DNA from: Clostridia bacterium | GTDB taxonomy: Bacteria; Bacillota; Clostridia; Oscillospirales; CAG-382 | Direction of reading: 5' to 3' | Length of the DNA: 64,000 nt | NCBI GenBank assembly: GCA_017620655.1 | Contig: JAGAUT010000087.1 | Span: 2,384 to 66,383, forward strand | Shown: positions 1-8,019 of the stretch, piece by piece | Layout: every line of letters begins with the position of its first letter | Numbering within the stretch: position 1 is the stretch's first letter | Position numbers and translations under genes: made by a program | The notes under the pieces: model-generated | Database searches by the model: none | Told to the model about the DNA's origin: nothing | Seen by the model: only the letters and a program-made list of their open reading frames with translations

Positions 1-984
1 TCCCCAATCACGAAGACGTTTTGTATCCTCAAAAACCCTTTCGAGTGTAAACGGGTGCGACGGGTCAAGGGTTACCTTGCAGGATTCCTTAAAAAATGCC
101 GCCTCGGCAGGAATATCTCCGATTGTGAGAAGCGGTCTGAACCAGATACCCGGCTTTGCTCCTGCCTTAACTACATCTTCAACGGTATTTCTCATATCGC
201 CGAACTTTTCGTTAGTTACCCAAGGACCGCCGTTAAAGGCTGCACCGGGAACAAAACCTCTGTTAATCTGCCAGCCGTCGTCAAGAATCATATATGGTTT
301 ATTCTTTGTACCGTCTGTCATTTCCATGAGCTGTTTTGTTTCAACCTGAATGGTTTCTCTTGAAATATGTCCATATGCCCAGTACCAGTTATTAACACCA
401 AAGACGGGTGTTTTGGGCATCACAGGGTTATCGCACATCATCTTGGTAAATTTCTGTGCCGCATGGTACACACTTTCACCTTCAGCCGAGAAGTATTCAA
501 CAACCTCACAGGCAACAATCGGTTCTTTAAGGTCTGTGCCTCTGCTGCCGTTCTGAAGATTTAAGAAAAGTGTAACTCCATGCGTGTCTGCCATCCAGAA
601 GGCAAGGCAGTCCGGTCCCGTCTTTACACCGTAAAATGCCGCTCTGTTATCTCCGATAAGGCAAGTATACCAAGGCATTACTCTGTTGGGTGTCAGCGAC
701 TTCCATTCGTGGGGAATTTTTCCGCCGCTGCAGGAACGTTCCCACTGGTCGCCGAGAGCCTTTTCAACAAAGTAGTGGTCACCGTTAAAACGAAGCTTCA
801 AAAACTTTACTGGTGACCCGCTTGGGTAAACAACCACCTTTGCGGACTTTTCTTCTATTATATATTCGTATTTAACAGGCGATTCACACCAGTTTTCTCT
901 TTCTTCAAATCTGAAGGGGCTGTCGTCTGTAGCACCGAGAACTCTGTCGGGTGTTCTGAGCACAGACAAAAACTCTTTTGACAT
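1..984 (-). CDS. alpha-galactosidase-like glycoside hydrolase (clan GH-D, GH36/GH27-like), 5' part only; C-terminus lies beyond window start
   Basis: ATG at 984 is preceded by AGGAGG (about 993-998 on the minus strand). The frame is open to position 1. Translation starts MSKEFLSVLRTPDRV and contains NNWYWAYG and ILDDGWQ, a DDGW-type motif typical of alpha-galactosidases. It is absent from the ORF track because no stop falls in the window. Confidence 0.7.
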   Translation of the reverse strand, partial: MSKEFLSVLRTPDRVLGATDDSPFRFEERENWCESPVKYEYIIEEKSAKVVVYPSGSPVKFLKLRFNGDHYFVEKALGDQWERSCSGGKIPHEWKSLTPNRVMPWYTCLIGDNRAAFYGVKTGPDCLAFWMADTHGVTLFLNLQNGSRGTDLKEPIVACEVVEYFSAEGESVYHAAQKFTKMMCDNPVMPKTPVFGVNNWYWAYGHISRETIQVETKQLMEMTDGTKNKPYMILDDGWQINRGFVPGAAFNGGPWVTNEKFGDMRNTVEDVVKAGAKPGIWFRPLLTIGDIPAEAAFFKESCKVTLDPSHPFTLERVFEDTKRLRDWG

Positions 985-1137
985 TTTGTTACCTCCTATT
1001 TTGACATATATACTATATATTGTAACTCTTTTTGTCTATGATACCATATTACCACCCGTGACGTCAACAGTAAATGTGTTTTTGTAACCCGTTTTTCACA
1101 AGTTTCGAAAAATGTATATTTATTTTCAATTTAGCTA

Positions 1138-1166
1138 TTGACAAATATTATTTACGGTGCTATAAT
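1138..1166 (+). promoter_or_regulatory. sigma-A type promoter of the amino-acid ABC operon
   Basis: TTGACA 1138-1143, 17-nt spacer, TATAAT 1161-1166, about 50 nt upstream of the ATG at 1216. Confidence 0.6.
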
Positions 1167-1215
1167 GTTATCACTTTAGCAAAGTAAATTACTAAAATCA
1201 AAGGAGAAATTTATC

Positions 1216-2091
1216 ATGAAAAAGTTTTTAGCATTAATTCTTGCGGCACTTATGTGTCTCACAGTATTCGTAGCATGCGGTCCTGCAGCAGTAGATGTTG
1301 ATGAAAACGCAAGCGACGCAAACCTCGAAGACAACGCAGTTGTTCCCGAAGATGACGCAGCAGACGATGAAACACCCGCCACAAGCGACCTTCAGGATAT
1401 CAAGGACAAGGGTGTTCTCGTAGTTGGTATCACAGACTTCGCTCCCATGGATTATCAGGACGAAGCAGGCAACTGGATCGGTTTTGACGCTGACATGGCT
1501 AAGGCATTCGCTGCTTACCTCGGTGTTGACGTTGAATTCCAGATTATCGACTGGGACAACAAGGTTATGGAGCTTAACAGCAAGACAATCGACGTTGTAT
1601 GGAACGGTATGACTCTTACAGAAGAAGTTAAGGCTGCTATGGAATGCTCCAACGCTTACTGCAACAATGCACAGGTTGTTATTCTTCCCGCAGCAGTTGC
1701 TGCAAACTATGCAGATGCAGAAAGCATGAAGGATCTTCTCTTCGCAGTTGAAGCAGGTTCCGCAGGTGAAGCAGAAGCGACAGCAGCAGGCTTCAAGACA
1801 GTTCCCGTTACAGACCAGGCTACAGCACTTCTCGAAGTTAAGTCCGGCTCTGCAGATGCTGCAGTTATCGACTCCCTCATGGCAGGTGCTATGGTAGGCG
1901 AAGGCACAAACTATGCTGAACTTACATACACAATCGGTCTTAACAGTGAAGAATACGGCGTAGGCTTCAGAAAGGGTTCCGATGCAGCTGCTGAACTCAA
2001 CAAGTTCTTTGCAGAAAGCTATGCTGACGGTTCCATGATGGCAACAGCTGATCTTTACGGTGTTGAAGCTGCAGTTATTCCTCAGGCATAA
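1216..2091 (+). CDS. polar amino-acid ABC transporter substrate-binding lipoprotein
   Basis: Lipobox LTVFVAC-G after a signal peptide, then an acidic linker and a type-2 periplasmic binding fold (GFDADMAKAFA, DVVWNGMT). It is followed by permease and ATPase genes. RBS AAGGAG lies upstream. Confidence 0.85.
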   Translation: MKKFLALILAALMCLTVFVACGPAAVDVDENASDANLEDNAVVPEDDAADDETPATSDLQDIKDKGVLVVGITDFAPMDYQDEAGNWIGFDADMAKAFAAYLGVDVEFQIIDWDNKVMELNSKTIDVVWNGMTLTEEVKAAMECSNAYCNNAQVVILPAAVAANYADAESMKDLLFAVEAGSAGEAEATAAGFKTVPVTDQATALLEVKSGSADAAVIDSLMAGAMVGEGTNYAELTYTIGLNSEEYGVGFRKGSDAAAELNKFFAESYADGSMMATADLYGVEAAVIPQA

Positions 2092-2118
2092 GTTTACAGA
2101 ATATATTTAACAGTTCGG

Positions 2119-2148
2119 AATCAGAGGACGTTACTGCCCTCTGATTTT
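2119..2148 (+). terminator. weak or partial intrinsic terminator after the SBP gene
   Basis: Stem TCAGAGG 2121-2127 pairs with CCTCTGA 2138-2144, followed by TTTT. Confidence 0.5.
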
Positions 2149-2187
2149 GGCTGTCAAGGGATAATCCATTTTTGAAAGGTTTTATTC

Positions 2188-3273
2188 ATGAAAAGATTTT
2201 TAAGCATTACTTTAGCAATCATTTTGCCATTGCTTTTGATTTCTTCCTTTGCTGTGTTTGCAGACGAAAGTCCCATAAGGACATCAGTAAACGGCAGAAT
2301 ATACGACACGGAATCAGGCGGTCAGGGTGCATGTCTTATTGACGGCGAGCCTTATATTCCCCTGACAATCGCGCTTGAAGCTGTCGGTGAAGATTTCAGT
2401 TGGGACGGCGAAGCTGATGTTACAATTTATGAAGGCGTGCAGATGATTTCCTCGGATACAGCATCAGATGTGTTTGGTCTTTCCGTAAAATACAACAGCA
2501 CAAGCTCGATAATTTCCGTAATCAAGCCCCAGGTCAAAGAAGAGGATACAGCAGTCACTGAGAACGGTGAAAGCGGTAATGAGAATGTAAAAAAAGAACA
2601 CGTTTTTATTACTGTTGTAAAGGCAATGAACGAGGGCTTTCTTGTAACCCTCAAGCTCTTTGCCGTAACTCTTATCGGTGCTCTTCCCTTAGGCCTTATA
2701 ATCTCGCTTTGCTCCATGAGCAAGTTCCTTCCCTTAAAGCTTATAACAAGACTTCTTGTCTGGATTATCAGGGGTACTCCTCTTATGCTCCAGCTTCTCA
2801 TCATCTTCTTTATCCCCGGTATGATGCTTGAAGGCGGAAGTCCCTGGCCGAGAGGCGAAGAAGGAAGATTCATGGCAGCAAGTGTGGCGTTCATTATCAA
2901 CTACGCCTTTTACTTCTCCGAAATTTTCAGAGGCGGTATTGAAAGCATACCCCACGGTCAGGTTGAAGCAGGTCAGGTTCTCGGCATGACAAAGACACAG
3001 ATTTTCTTCAACGTTACACTTCTCCAGATGGTAAAGAGAATTGTGCCTCCTATGTCAAATGAAATCATCACACTCGTAAAGGACACATCCATTGCAAGAA
3101 TCATTTCGCTTCAGGAAGTTATCTGGGCGGGCTATGCATTCCTAAAGAGTTCCCACGGTTATTCGGGTCTTCTCTGGCCTCTGTTCTTCACGGGCGTTTA
3201 TTACCTGTTGTTCAACGGAATTCTCACCATTCTTTTCGGCAAAATCGAAAAGAAGCTGGGTTACTTTAACTAA
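2188..3273 (+). CDS. amino-acid ABC transporter permease (His/Glu/Gln/Arg family) with an extra ~140-aa N-terminal extracytoplasmic domain
   Basis: The C-terminal ~220 aa carry the EAA-type permease core (IRGTPLMLQLLIIFF, EIFRGGIESIP, GQVEAGQVLGM). The N-terminus has a signal/anchor sequence and a domain resembling copper-amine-oxidase N-terminal (stalk) repeats. Confidence 0.85.
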   Translation: MKRFLSITLAIILPLLLISSFAVFADESPIRTSVNGRIYDTESGGQGACLIDGEPYIPLTIALEAVGEDFSWDGEADVTIYEGVQMISSDTASDVFGLSVKYNSTSSIISVIKPQVKEEDTAVTENGESGNENVKKEHVFITVVKAMNEGFLVTLKLFAVTLIGALPLGLIISLCSMSKFLPLKLITRLLVWIIRGTPLMLQLLIIFFIPGMMLEGGSPWPRGEEGRFMAASVAFIINYAFYFSEIFRGGIESIPHGQVEAGQVLGMTKTQIFFNVTLLQMVKRIVPPMSNEIITLVKDTSIARIISLQEVIWAGYAFLKSSHGYSGLLWPLFFTGVYYLLFNGILTILFGKIEKKLGYFN

Positions 3274-3284
3274 GGAGGTGCCGT

Positions 3285-4058
3285 ATTTCAGTACTTAATG
3301 TCAACAACATAAAAAAAAGCTTTGGCAAGGTCGAAGTTTTAAAGGGCATCTCATTCTCACTCGAACAGGGCGAGGTTATTTCAATAATCGGCTCCTCGGG
3401 AAGCGGAAAAACCACACTTCTCAGATGTCTCAACTTTCTTGAAACACCCGACGAGGGAACTATAACAGTCGGCGACAAGACCATCTTTGATGCAGAAAAT
3501 AAAAAGAAAATGAGTGATGCCGAAATCAGAGAAAACAGACTCAACTTCGGTCTTGTTTTCCAGTCCTTTAATCTTTTCCCGCAGTACACGGTTCTCAAGA
3601 ATCTGACACTCGCACGGGAGCTTATGGAAAAGAACAAAAAAGGCGGCATTTCAAAGCAGGAAATCACGAAGGAAGCTCTTGAGCTTCTCGAAAGAGTAGG
3701 ACTTTCAGACAAAAAGGATTCCTATCCCTGTCAGCTTTCCGGCGGTCAGCAACAGAGAGTTGCCATTGCCCGTGCCCTTTCAATGAAGCCTGCAATCCTC
3801 TGCTTTGACGAACCCACATCCGCACTCGACCCCGAGCTTACGGGTGAAGTATTGAGAGTTATCAAAGAGCTCAAGGAAACAAATACAACAATGATTATTG
3901 TAACCCACGAAATGGGATTTGCAAAAAATGTTTCCGACAAGATAATCTTTATGGCGGATGGAATTATTGAAGAGATGGGTACTCCCGAAGAAGTATTTGA
4001 CAATCCAAAAAGCGAAAAGACAAAGCATTTCTTTGCAAAATCTCTTGAAAACATATAA
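3285..4058 (+). CDS. amino-acid ABC transporter ATP-binding protein (GlnQ/HisP-like), probable ATT start
   Basis: Walker A GSSGSGKTT (from 3390), signature LSGGQQQRVAIARA, Walker B ILCFDEPTSALD. The reading frame opens at 3270 and has no ATG/GTG/TTG before Walker A. ATT at 3285 sits 6 nt after AAGGAGG (3272-3278). The ORF track only lists the internal ATG at 3510. Confidence 0.8.
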   Translation: MSVLNVNNIKKSFGKVEVLKGISFSLEQGEVISIIGSSGSGKTTLLRCLNFLETPDEGTITVGDKTIFDAENKKKMSDAEIRENRLNFGLVFQSFNLFPQYTVLKNLTLARELMEKNKKGGISKQEITKEALELLERVGLSDKKDSYPCQLSGGQQQRVAIARALSMKPAILCFDEPTSALDPELTGEVLRVIKELKETNTTMIIVTHEMGFAKNVSDKIIFMADGIIEEMGTPEEVFDNPKSEKTKHFFAKSLENI

Positions 4059-4059
4059 A

Positions 4060-4090
4060 GAAAAAGCACTCGCAATGAGTGCTTTTTTTA
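4060..4090. terminator. bidirectional intrinsic terminator between convergent genes
   Basis: A-run, stem AGCACTC 4065-4071 with GAGTGCT 4077-4083, then a T-run. Confidence 0.7.
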
Positions 4091-4663
4091 TTCGAGTGCA
4101 GGAACATACACCGTCATGTTTCCGTCATGATACATGCTGTCAACATCCTTGAATCTGTTTTCTCCTTTTACTATGTTGTCAAGAATTTTGACTATCGTCT
4201 TTGCCGTACCTTCAAAGTCTGTTTTATCCGCCTGTCTTTCCATGTCCACAAACGCCGCTTTTTTATAATTGTCGGCATCGCTTTCGGTATTTGTTCCGAA
4301 AAACACAACGGGTATTTCCTTCTGCATGGCAATCTCGGATGCATGCTCGCTTATGTCATCGTCGCTGACATCGACAATGAGTGCCTTGGCTCCGTTCTTT
4401 ACAGCGTCCTCAATCTGCTTTTCCATGGAATCGTCACTGCCCTTGGCATTGTACGAGGTATACTTCACACCTGAGCCGTCAAAGAGTGCCTCCAGTTCTC
4501 TTTTGACACCGGACACATATTCATTACTGTCATCCGCATAAAAAATTGCCGCCTCTCCCTCGTGGGATTCCTTTCCCGAAAAGCTGCACGAGGTCAGAAG
4601 AAAGAGAAATGTGAAAACGAACAGCATTAAAAATAATCTTTTCATTATGTTTTTTCCTTTCAA
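4088..4663 (-). CDS. hypothetical lipoprotein resembling one lobe of a type-1 periplasmic sugar-binding protein
   Basis: Signal peptide plus lipobox LLTSC. The alternating beta-alpha pattern (ALIVDVSDDD, IPVVFFGT) looks like half of a PBP fold. Function unknown. Confidence 0.55.
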   Translation of the reverse strand: MKGKNIMKRLFLMLFVFTFLFLLTSCSFSGKESHEGEAAIFYADDSNEYVSGVKRELEALFDGSGVKYTSYNAKGSDDSMEKQIEDAVKNGAKALIVDVSDDDISEHASEIAMQKEIPVVFFGTNTESDADNYKKAAFVDMERQADKTDFEGTAKTIVKILDNIVKGENRFKDVDSMYHDGNMTVYVPALE

Positions 4664-4925
4664 TATATGGTAAAGTTATTATTTTACATACTGCAATCAT
4701 TTATTCATGAGACTTCTGAAATTCCGGATAGTAATCATTTTCCAAAAACAACGACAAATTTTCAAACCATTATATGTGCATATGTTACAAACTTGATTTT
4801 TAACGCAGTTTTTTATATATTTTCACCAAACGTCTATTGACTTTTCACAAAAAATAGTGTAATATATATACAAGAAAAGTAAGGAAGCAATTCCTTTCAA
4901 ATAAACACCACAGGAGGAACATATT

Positions 4926-5336
4926 ATGATTAAGATTTTCGCAGGACTCAAAGGTTCCGGAAAAACAAAAAACCTTATTGAACTTGTTAACGCAGCACAG
5001 GAAACCACTTCAGGTTGCGTTGTATGTATAGAAAAGGGCTCAAAGCTTATGCATGAAATCAACAACAAAACAAGACTTGTTGACATTTCTGAATACAAGG
5101 TTAATACAGCTGAACAGCTTTACGGCTTTGTTTGCGGTGCTCTCAGTGCAAACTTTGACATCACAGACCTCTTTATTGACTCTGCTCTCAAAATCTGTCA
5201 GGAAGATCTTGCAGGACTTGAAAAGTTTGCCAACGATGTAAAGCCTCTTCTCGAAGCAAGAAACGTTAACTTCACAATGACAGTTTCCGTTGAAGTTGAA
5301 AAGGTTCCCGCTTCTCTTAAGGAATATCTTGCATAA
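4926..5336 (+). CDS. small P-loop NTPase-like protein, unknown function
   Basis: RBS AGGAGGA upstream. Walker A-like GLKGSGKT at residues 7-14 and a possible Walker B (DLFIDSA). Only 136 aa. Confidence 0.55.
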   Translation: MIKIFAGLKGSGKTKNLIELVNAAQETTSGCVVCIEKGSKLMHEINNKTRLVDISEYKVNTAEQLYGFVCGALSANFDITDLFIDSALKICQEDLAGLEKFANDVKPLLEARNVNFTMTVSVEVEKVPASLKEYLA

Positions 5337-5353
5337 TTAAATCAAAATCAATC

Positions 5354-5390
5354 AAAGCACCGATGTTAAAATGGCATCGGTGCTTTTTTT
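5354..5390 (+). terminator. intrinsic terminator
   Basis: Stem GCACCGATG 5357-5365 pairs with CATCGGTGC 5375-5383, followed by T7. Confidence 0.8.
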
Positions 5391-5461
5391 GCATATTTTT
5401 CATGTTTTAAATTTCATACTTTACAAAGAATATAAGTAAGTCTTAAAAGGAGGCTTAAAAC

Positions 5462-5896
5462 ATGAAAAAAACAAATTTACTTTTTATCATATCATTGGCA
5501 ATTGTCGCTGTGTTCTTACTCTGCTCATGTTCCAGAAGCAGCATGATGAGAGCCGGTGATACCATGAGAAACACCGCACGCCGTACCGAAAACTTTATGG
5601 ACAACGGACTCAATGCAGTTGAAAACGACGTAGAAAACGGCAAAAACACAGTTGTCGGAGGCGGAATGTACGGGGCAAACAGCGGTTACAGCGGAAATGC
5701 AGGTACAGGATCAGGCACATCTGTTGCCATGGGAGGAAAGGCTTCTCCCCTGCTCCCGACACTGGGTGACAAATCCCGTGACAACATGGGTCAGATAAAC
5801 ACCAACAACGGAGGTCTTGACGGCGGCATGGGCGACATTTATGATGATACGGATATGAACAGAAACTCACTCAGAAGAGATACTCTTACTAAGTAA
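5462..5896 (+). CDS. hypothetical Gly/Asn-rich lipoprotein
   Basis: RBS AAAGGAGG, signal peptide with lipobox LLCSC, low-complexity G/N/S-rich mature part. Confidence 0.55.
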   Translation: MKKTNLLFIISLAIVAVFLLCSCSRSSMMRAGDTMRNTARRTENFMDNGLNAVENDVENGKNTVVGGGMYGANSGYSGNAGTGSGTSVAMGGKASPLLPTLGDKSRDNMGQINTNNGGLDGGMGDIYDDTDMNRNSLRRDTLTK

Positions 5897-5961
5897 CACA
5901 TTTTGCATTTGACAACTTTCCAATTTATATAAAAACTCAATATACAGTTCTCGAGTGCAAC

Positions 5962-6005
5962 AATTCCCGACCGCCACAAATTTAGTCGGTCGGGAATTTT
6001 ATTTT
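5962..6005 (+). terminator. intrinsic terminator
   Basis: Stem AATTCCCGACC 5962-5972 pairs with GGTCGGGAATT 5988-5998, followed by a T-rich tail. Confidence 0.75.
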
Positions 6006-6009
6006 CCTC

Positions 6010-6038
6010 TTGAAAATTGAAAAGTAATATGCTATAAT
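6010..6038 (+). promoter_or_regulatory. sigma-A type promoter driving the structured leader and SLOG-like gene
   Basis: TTGAAA 6010-6015, 17-nt spacer, TATAAT 6033-6038. Confidence 0.6.
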
Positions 6039-6043
6039 ATGTA

Positions 6044-6247
6044 TGCTACACTTATAATTACAATAGAATAAATAGGATACTGTTCTCACAAAGGGGTACG
6101 CTATTGTAAAAAGCGTACACTTTTGTGTCGTCACACCCTTGTGAGCGTATCCGGGTGTTGTGATTATAAGTGTAGCAACTTGACACAAAGTCACTGCGTT
6201 TTTTGGTGCGTGGCTTTGCTTTCGAGTGAGCTACGCATTTTTTATTT
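6044..6247 (+). ncRNA. unassigned structured 5' leader (candidate riboswitch/attenuator) with its own intrinsic terminator
   Basis: A 22-bp helix joins 6044-6065 to 6156-6177 (20 Watson-Crick pairs plus 2 G-U). Inner helices are 6075-6080/6147-6152, 6085-6091/6139-6145, hairpin 6096-6102/6112-6118 and a small hairpin at 6124-6135. A terminator stem 6208-6216/6229-6237 is followed by TTTTTTATTT (6238-6247), 14 nt before the ATG at 6261. Confidence 0.5.
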
Positions 6248-6260
6248 CAGGGGTGTACAC

Positions 6261-6686
6261 ATGAAAGTTACTTTTTGCGGTCACAGTCAGATTGCTCCTT
6301 CAGAGATAAAGCATATAAGTGAACGGTTAAAGGAAGTTATTGAGGAGCTCATTTGGGAAGGTGCTGACGAATTTCTGCTTGGAGGCTACGGAGATTTTGA
6401 CAAATTATGTGCTGCAACAGTGAAAGAGTTAAAAAATACACACCCACATATCAAATCAATCCTTATCATTCCCTACATTGACAGAGCTTTCGACCAACAG
6501 CTATATGACTGCTCCGAATATCCACCTCTTGAAAATGTTCCGAAAAGATTTGCCATATCTAAAAGAAACGAGTACATGGTGGACAATTCAGACACTATAA
6601 TATCCTTTATAAATCACACTTATGGAGGAGCTTTCAAAACCTTTTCATATGCAAAACGAAAAGCAAAACAATTAATTGATATATAA
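6261..6686 (+). CDS. SLOG/DUF1273-like (YpsA/YoqJ-like) Rossmannoid protein
   Basis: Starts MKVTFCGHSQ, then LLGGYGDFDKLCA and NSDTIISF, a pattern like the DUF1273 branch of the SLOG superfamily. The ATG at 6261 is chosen over the longer track ORF (6123) because the upstream part is the terminator/leader. Confidence 0.5.
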   Translation: MKVTFCGHSQIAPSEIKHISERLKEVIEELIWEGADEFLLGGYGDFDKLCAATVKELKNTHPHIKSILIIPYIDRAFDQQLYDCSEYPPLENVPKRFAISKRNEYMVDNSDTIISFINHTYGGAFKTFSYAKRKAKQLIDI

Positions 6687-6722
6687 AATTCCCCGATGTC
6701 ACCTTTTGACATCGGGGAATGG
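6686..6722. terminator. bidirectional terminator (SLOG-like gene and icd converge here)
   Basis: 13-bp stem ATTCCCCGATGTC 6688-6700 pairs with GACATCGGGGAAT 6708-6720. There is a T-rich tail on the minus-strand reading. Confidence 0.7.
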
Positions 6723-6798
6723 TTATTTGCGCGAATAATATTATTGGCTTACATATAAAATTACCCGCGAAATTGCCAACGGGTGCTACCCGTTCTTT

Positions 6799-8007
6799 TT
6801 AGTAAAGAGAAAGTAAGTTCTTTTTGATTTCAAGGATAAATTCCTTGGAATTTACGGGCTTTGTTTCAATTCCCTCTGCAAGATTTACAAGGTCCTTTGT
6901 CATAACACCGCTGTTAAGGGTATCAATGCAGGCTTCTTCAAGCTTGTTTGCAAAATCTACAAGGTCAGAAAGACCGTCAAGTTCGCCTCTCTTGCGAAGT
7001 GCACCTGTCCATGCGTATATTGTCGCCATGGGGTTTGTGCTTGTTTCCTCGCCCTTGAGGTACTTATAATAGTGACGTGTAACGGTACCGTGAGCCGCTT
7101 CGTATTCATAGTTTCCGTCGGGGCTTACAAGAACACTTGTCATCATTGCAAGTGAGCCAAAGGCTGTGGAAACCATATCGCTCATTACATCGCCGTCATA
7201 ATTCTTAAGCGCCCAGATATAACCACCTTTACTTCTGATAACTCTTGCTACTGCGTCATCAATAAGTGTGTAGAAATATTCAAGTCCGAGCTCCTCAAAT
7301 TTTGCTTTATAATCATTTTCATAGATTTCGGCAAAAATATCCTTGAAGGTGTGGTCATACTTTTTACTGATTGTATCTTTTGTCGAGAACCACAAATCCT
7401 GCTTTGTATCAATGGCATACTTAAAACAGGAGTGTGCAAAGGCACGAATTGAGCTTTCTTTATTATACTGTCCCTGAAGGATGCCGGGACATTCAAAATC
7501 GTAGATTGTTTCTCTTGTTTCATTTCCCTCTTTATCGGTATAAACAAGTTCAGCCTTTACGCCTTCGGGAGCCTTAAGTTCAGCTGCCTTATAAACATCG
7601 CCGTATGCGTGACGGGCAATTGTAATAGGCTTTGTCCAGCTACGTACTGCGGGCTTAATACAATCAAGAAGAATGGGAGCACGGAAAACAGTACCGTCAA
7701 GCACGGCTCTTATAGTACCGTTGGGGCTCTTCCACATTTCAGTAAGGTTGTACTCCTCAACTCTCTGAGCATTAGGTGTGATTGTGGCACATTTTACCGC
7801 AACGCCGTACTTCTTGTTGGCATTCGCCGCATCCCATGTGACCTTATCCTTTGTCTTTTCTCTTTCAGGAAGACCAAGGTCATAATATTCTGTCTTGAGG
7901 TCAACGAAAGGAAGAATAAGCTCATCCTTTATCATCTGCCACAAGATTCTTGTCATTTCGTCCCCGTCCATCTCGACAAGGGGTGTTGTCATTTTGATTT
8001 TTTCCAT
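6799..8007 (-). CDS. icd: NADP-dependent isocitrate dehydrogenase (homodimeric, eukaryote-like subfamily II, ~402 aa)
   Basis: The full-length translation has hallmark IDH1/2-like blocks ([32 protein letters not shown]). Confidence 0.9.
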   Translation of the reverse strand: MEKIKMTTPLVEMDGDEMTRILWQMIKDELILPFVDLKTEYYDLGLPEREKTKDKVTWDAANANKKYGVAVKCATITPNAQRVEEYNLTEMWKSPNGTIRAVLDGTVFRAPILLDCIKPAVRSWTKPITIARHAYGDVYKAAELKAPEGVKAELVYTDKEGNETRETIYDFECPGILQGQYNKESSIRAFAHSCFKYAIDTKQDLWFSTKDTISKKYDHTFKDIFAEIYENDYKAKFEELGLEYFYTLIDDAVARVIRSKGGYIWALKNYDGDVMSDMVSTAFGSLAMMTSVLVSPDGNYEYEAAHGTVTRHYYKYLKGEETSTNPMATIYAWTGALRKRGELDGLSDLVDFANKLEEACIDTLNSGVMTKDLVNLAEGIETKPVNSKEFILEIKKNLLSLY

Positions 8008-8019
8008 AGTAGTGTTCTC

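Noticed and set aside
4060-5390. Similar outer stems (AAAGCAC...GTGCTTTTT) of the terminators at 4060-4090 and 5354-5390, as a third hairpin-bracketed cassette.
   Set aside because: The shared part is only about 5 nt of stem plus generic A/T runs that any bidirectional terminator has. This is not distinguishable from chance.
6044-6177. The 22-bp inverted repeat interpreted as a DNA element (MITE terminal repeats or an invertible promoter switch), or as a THF-type riboswitch because of a GTCGTCACAC string.
   Set aside because: There is no recombinase or transposase nearby, no target-site duplication and no obvious outward promoter inside. Both mismatches are G-U compatible only on the plus-strand transcript, favouring RNA. 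The THF resemblance is limited to about 10 nt and the rest of that consensus, as I remember it, is absent. The DNA-element option is kept as an alternative in the finding.
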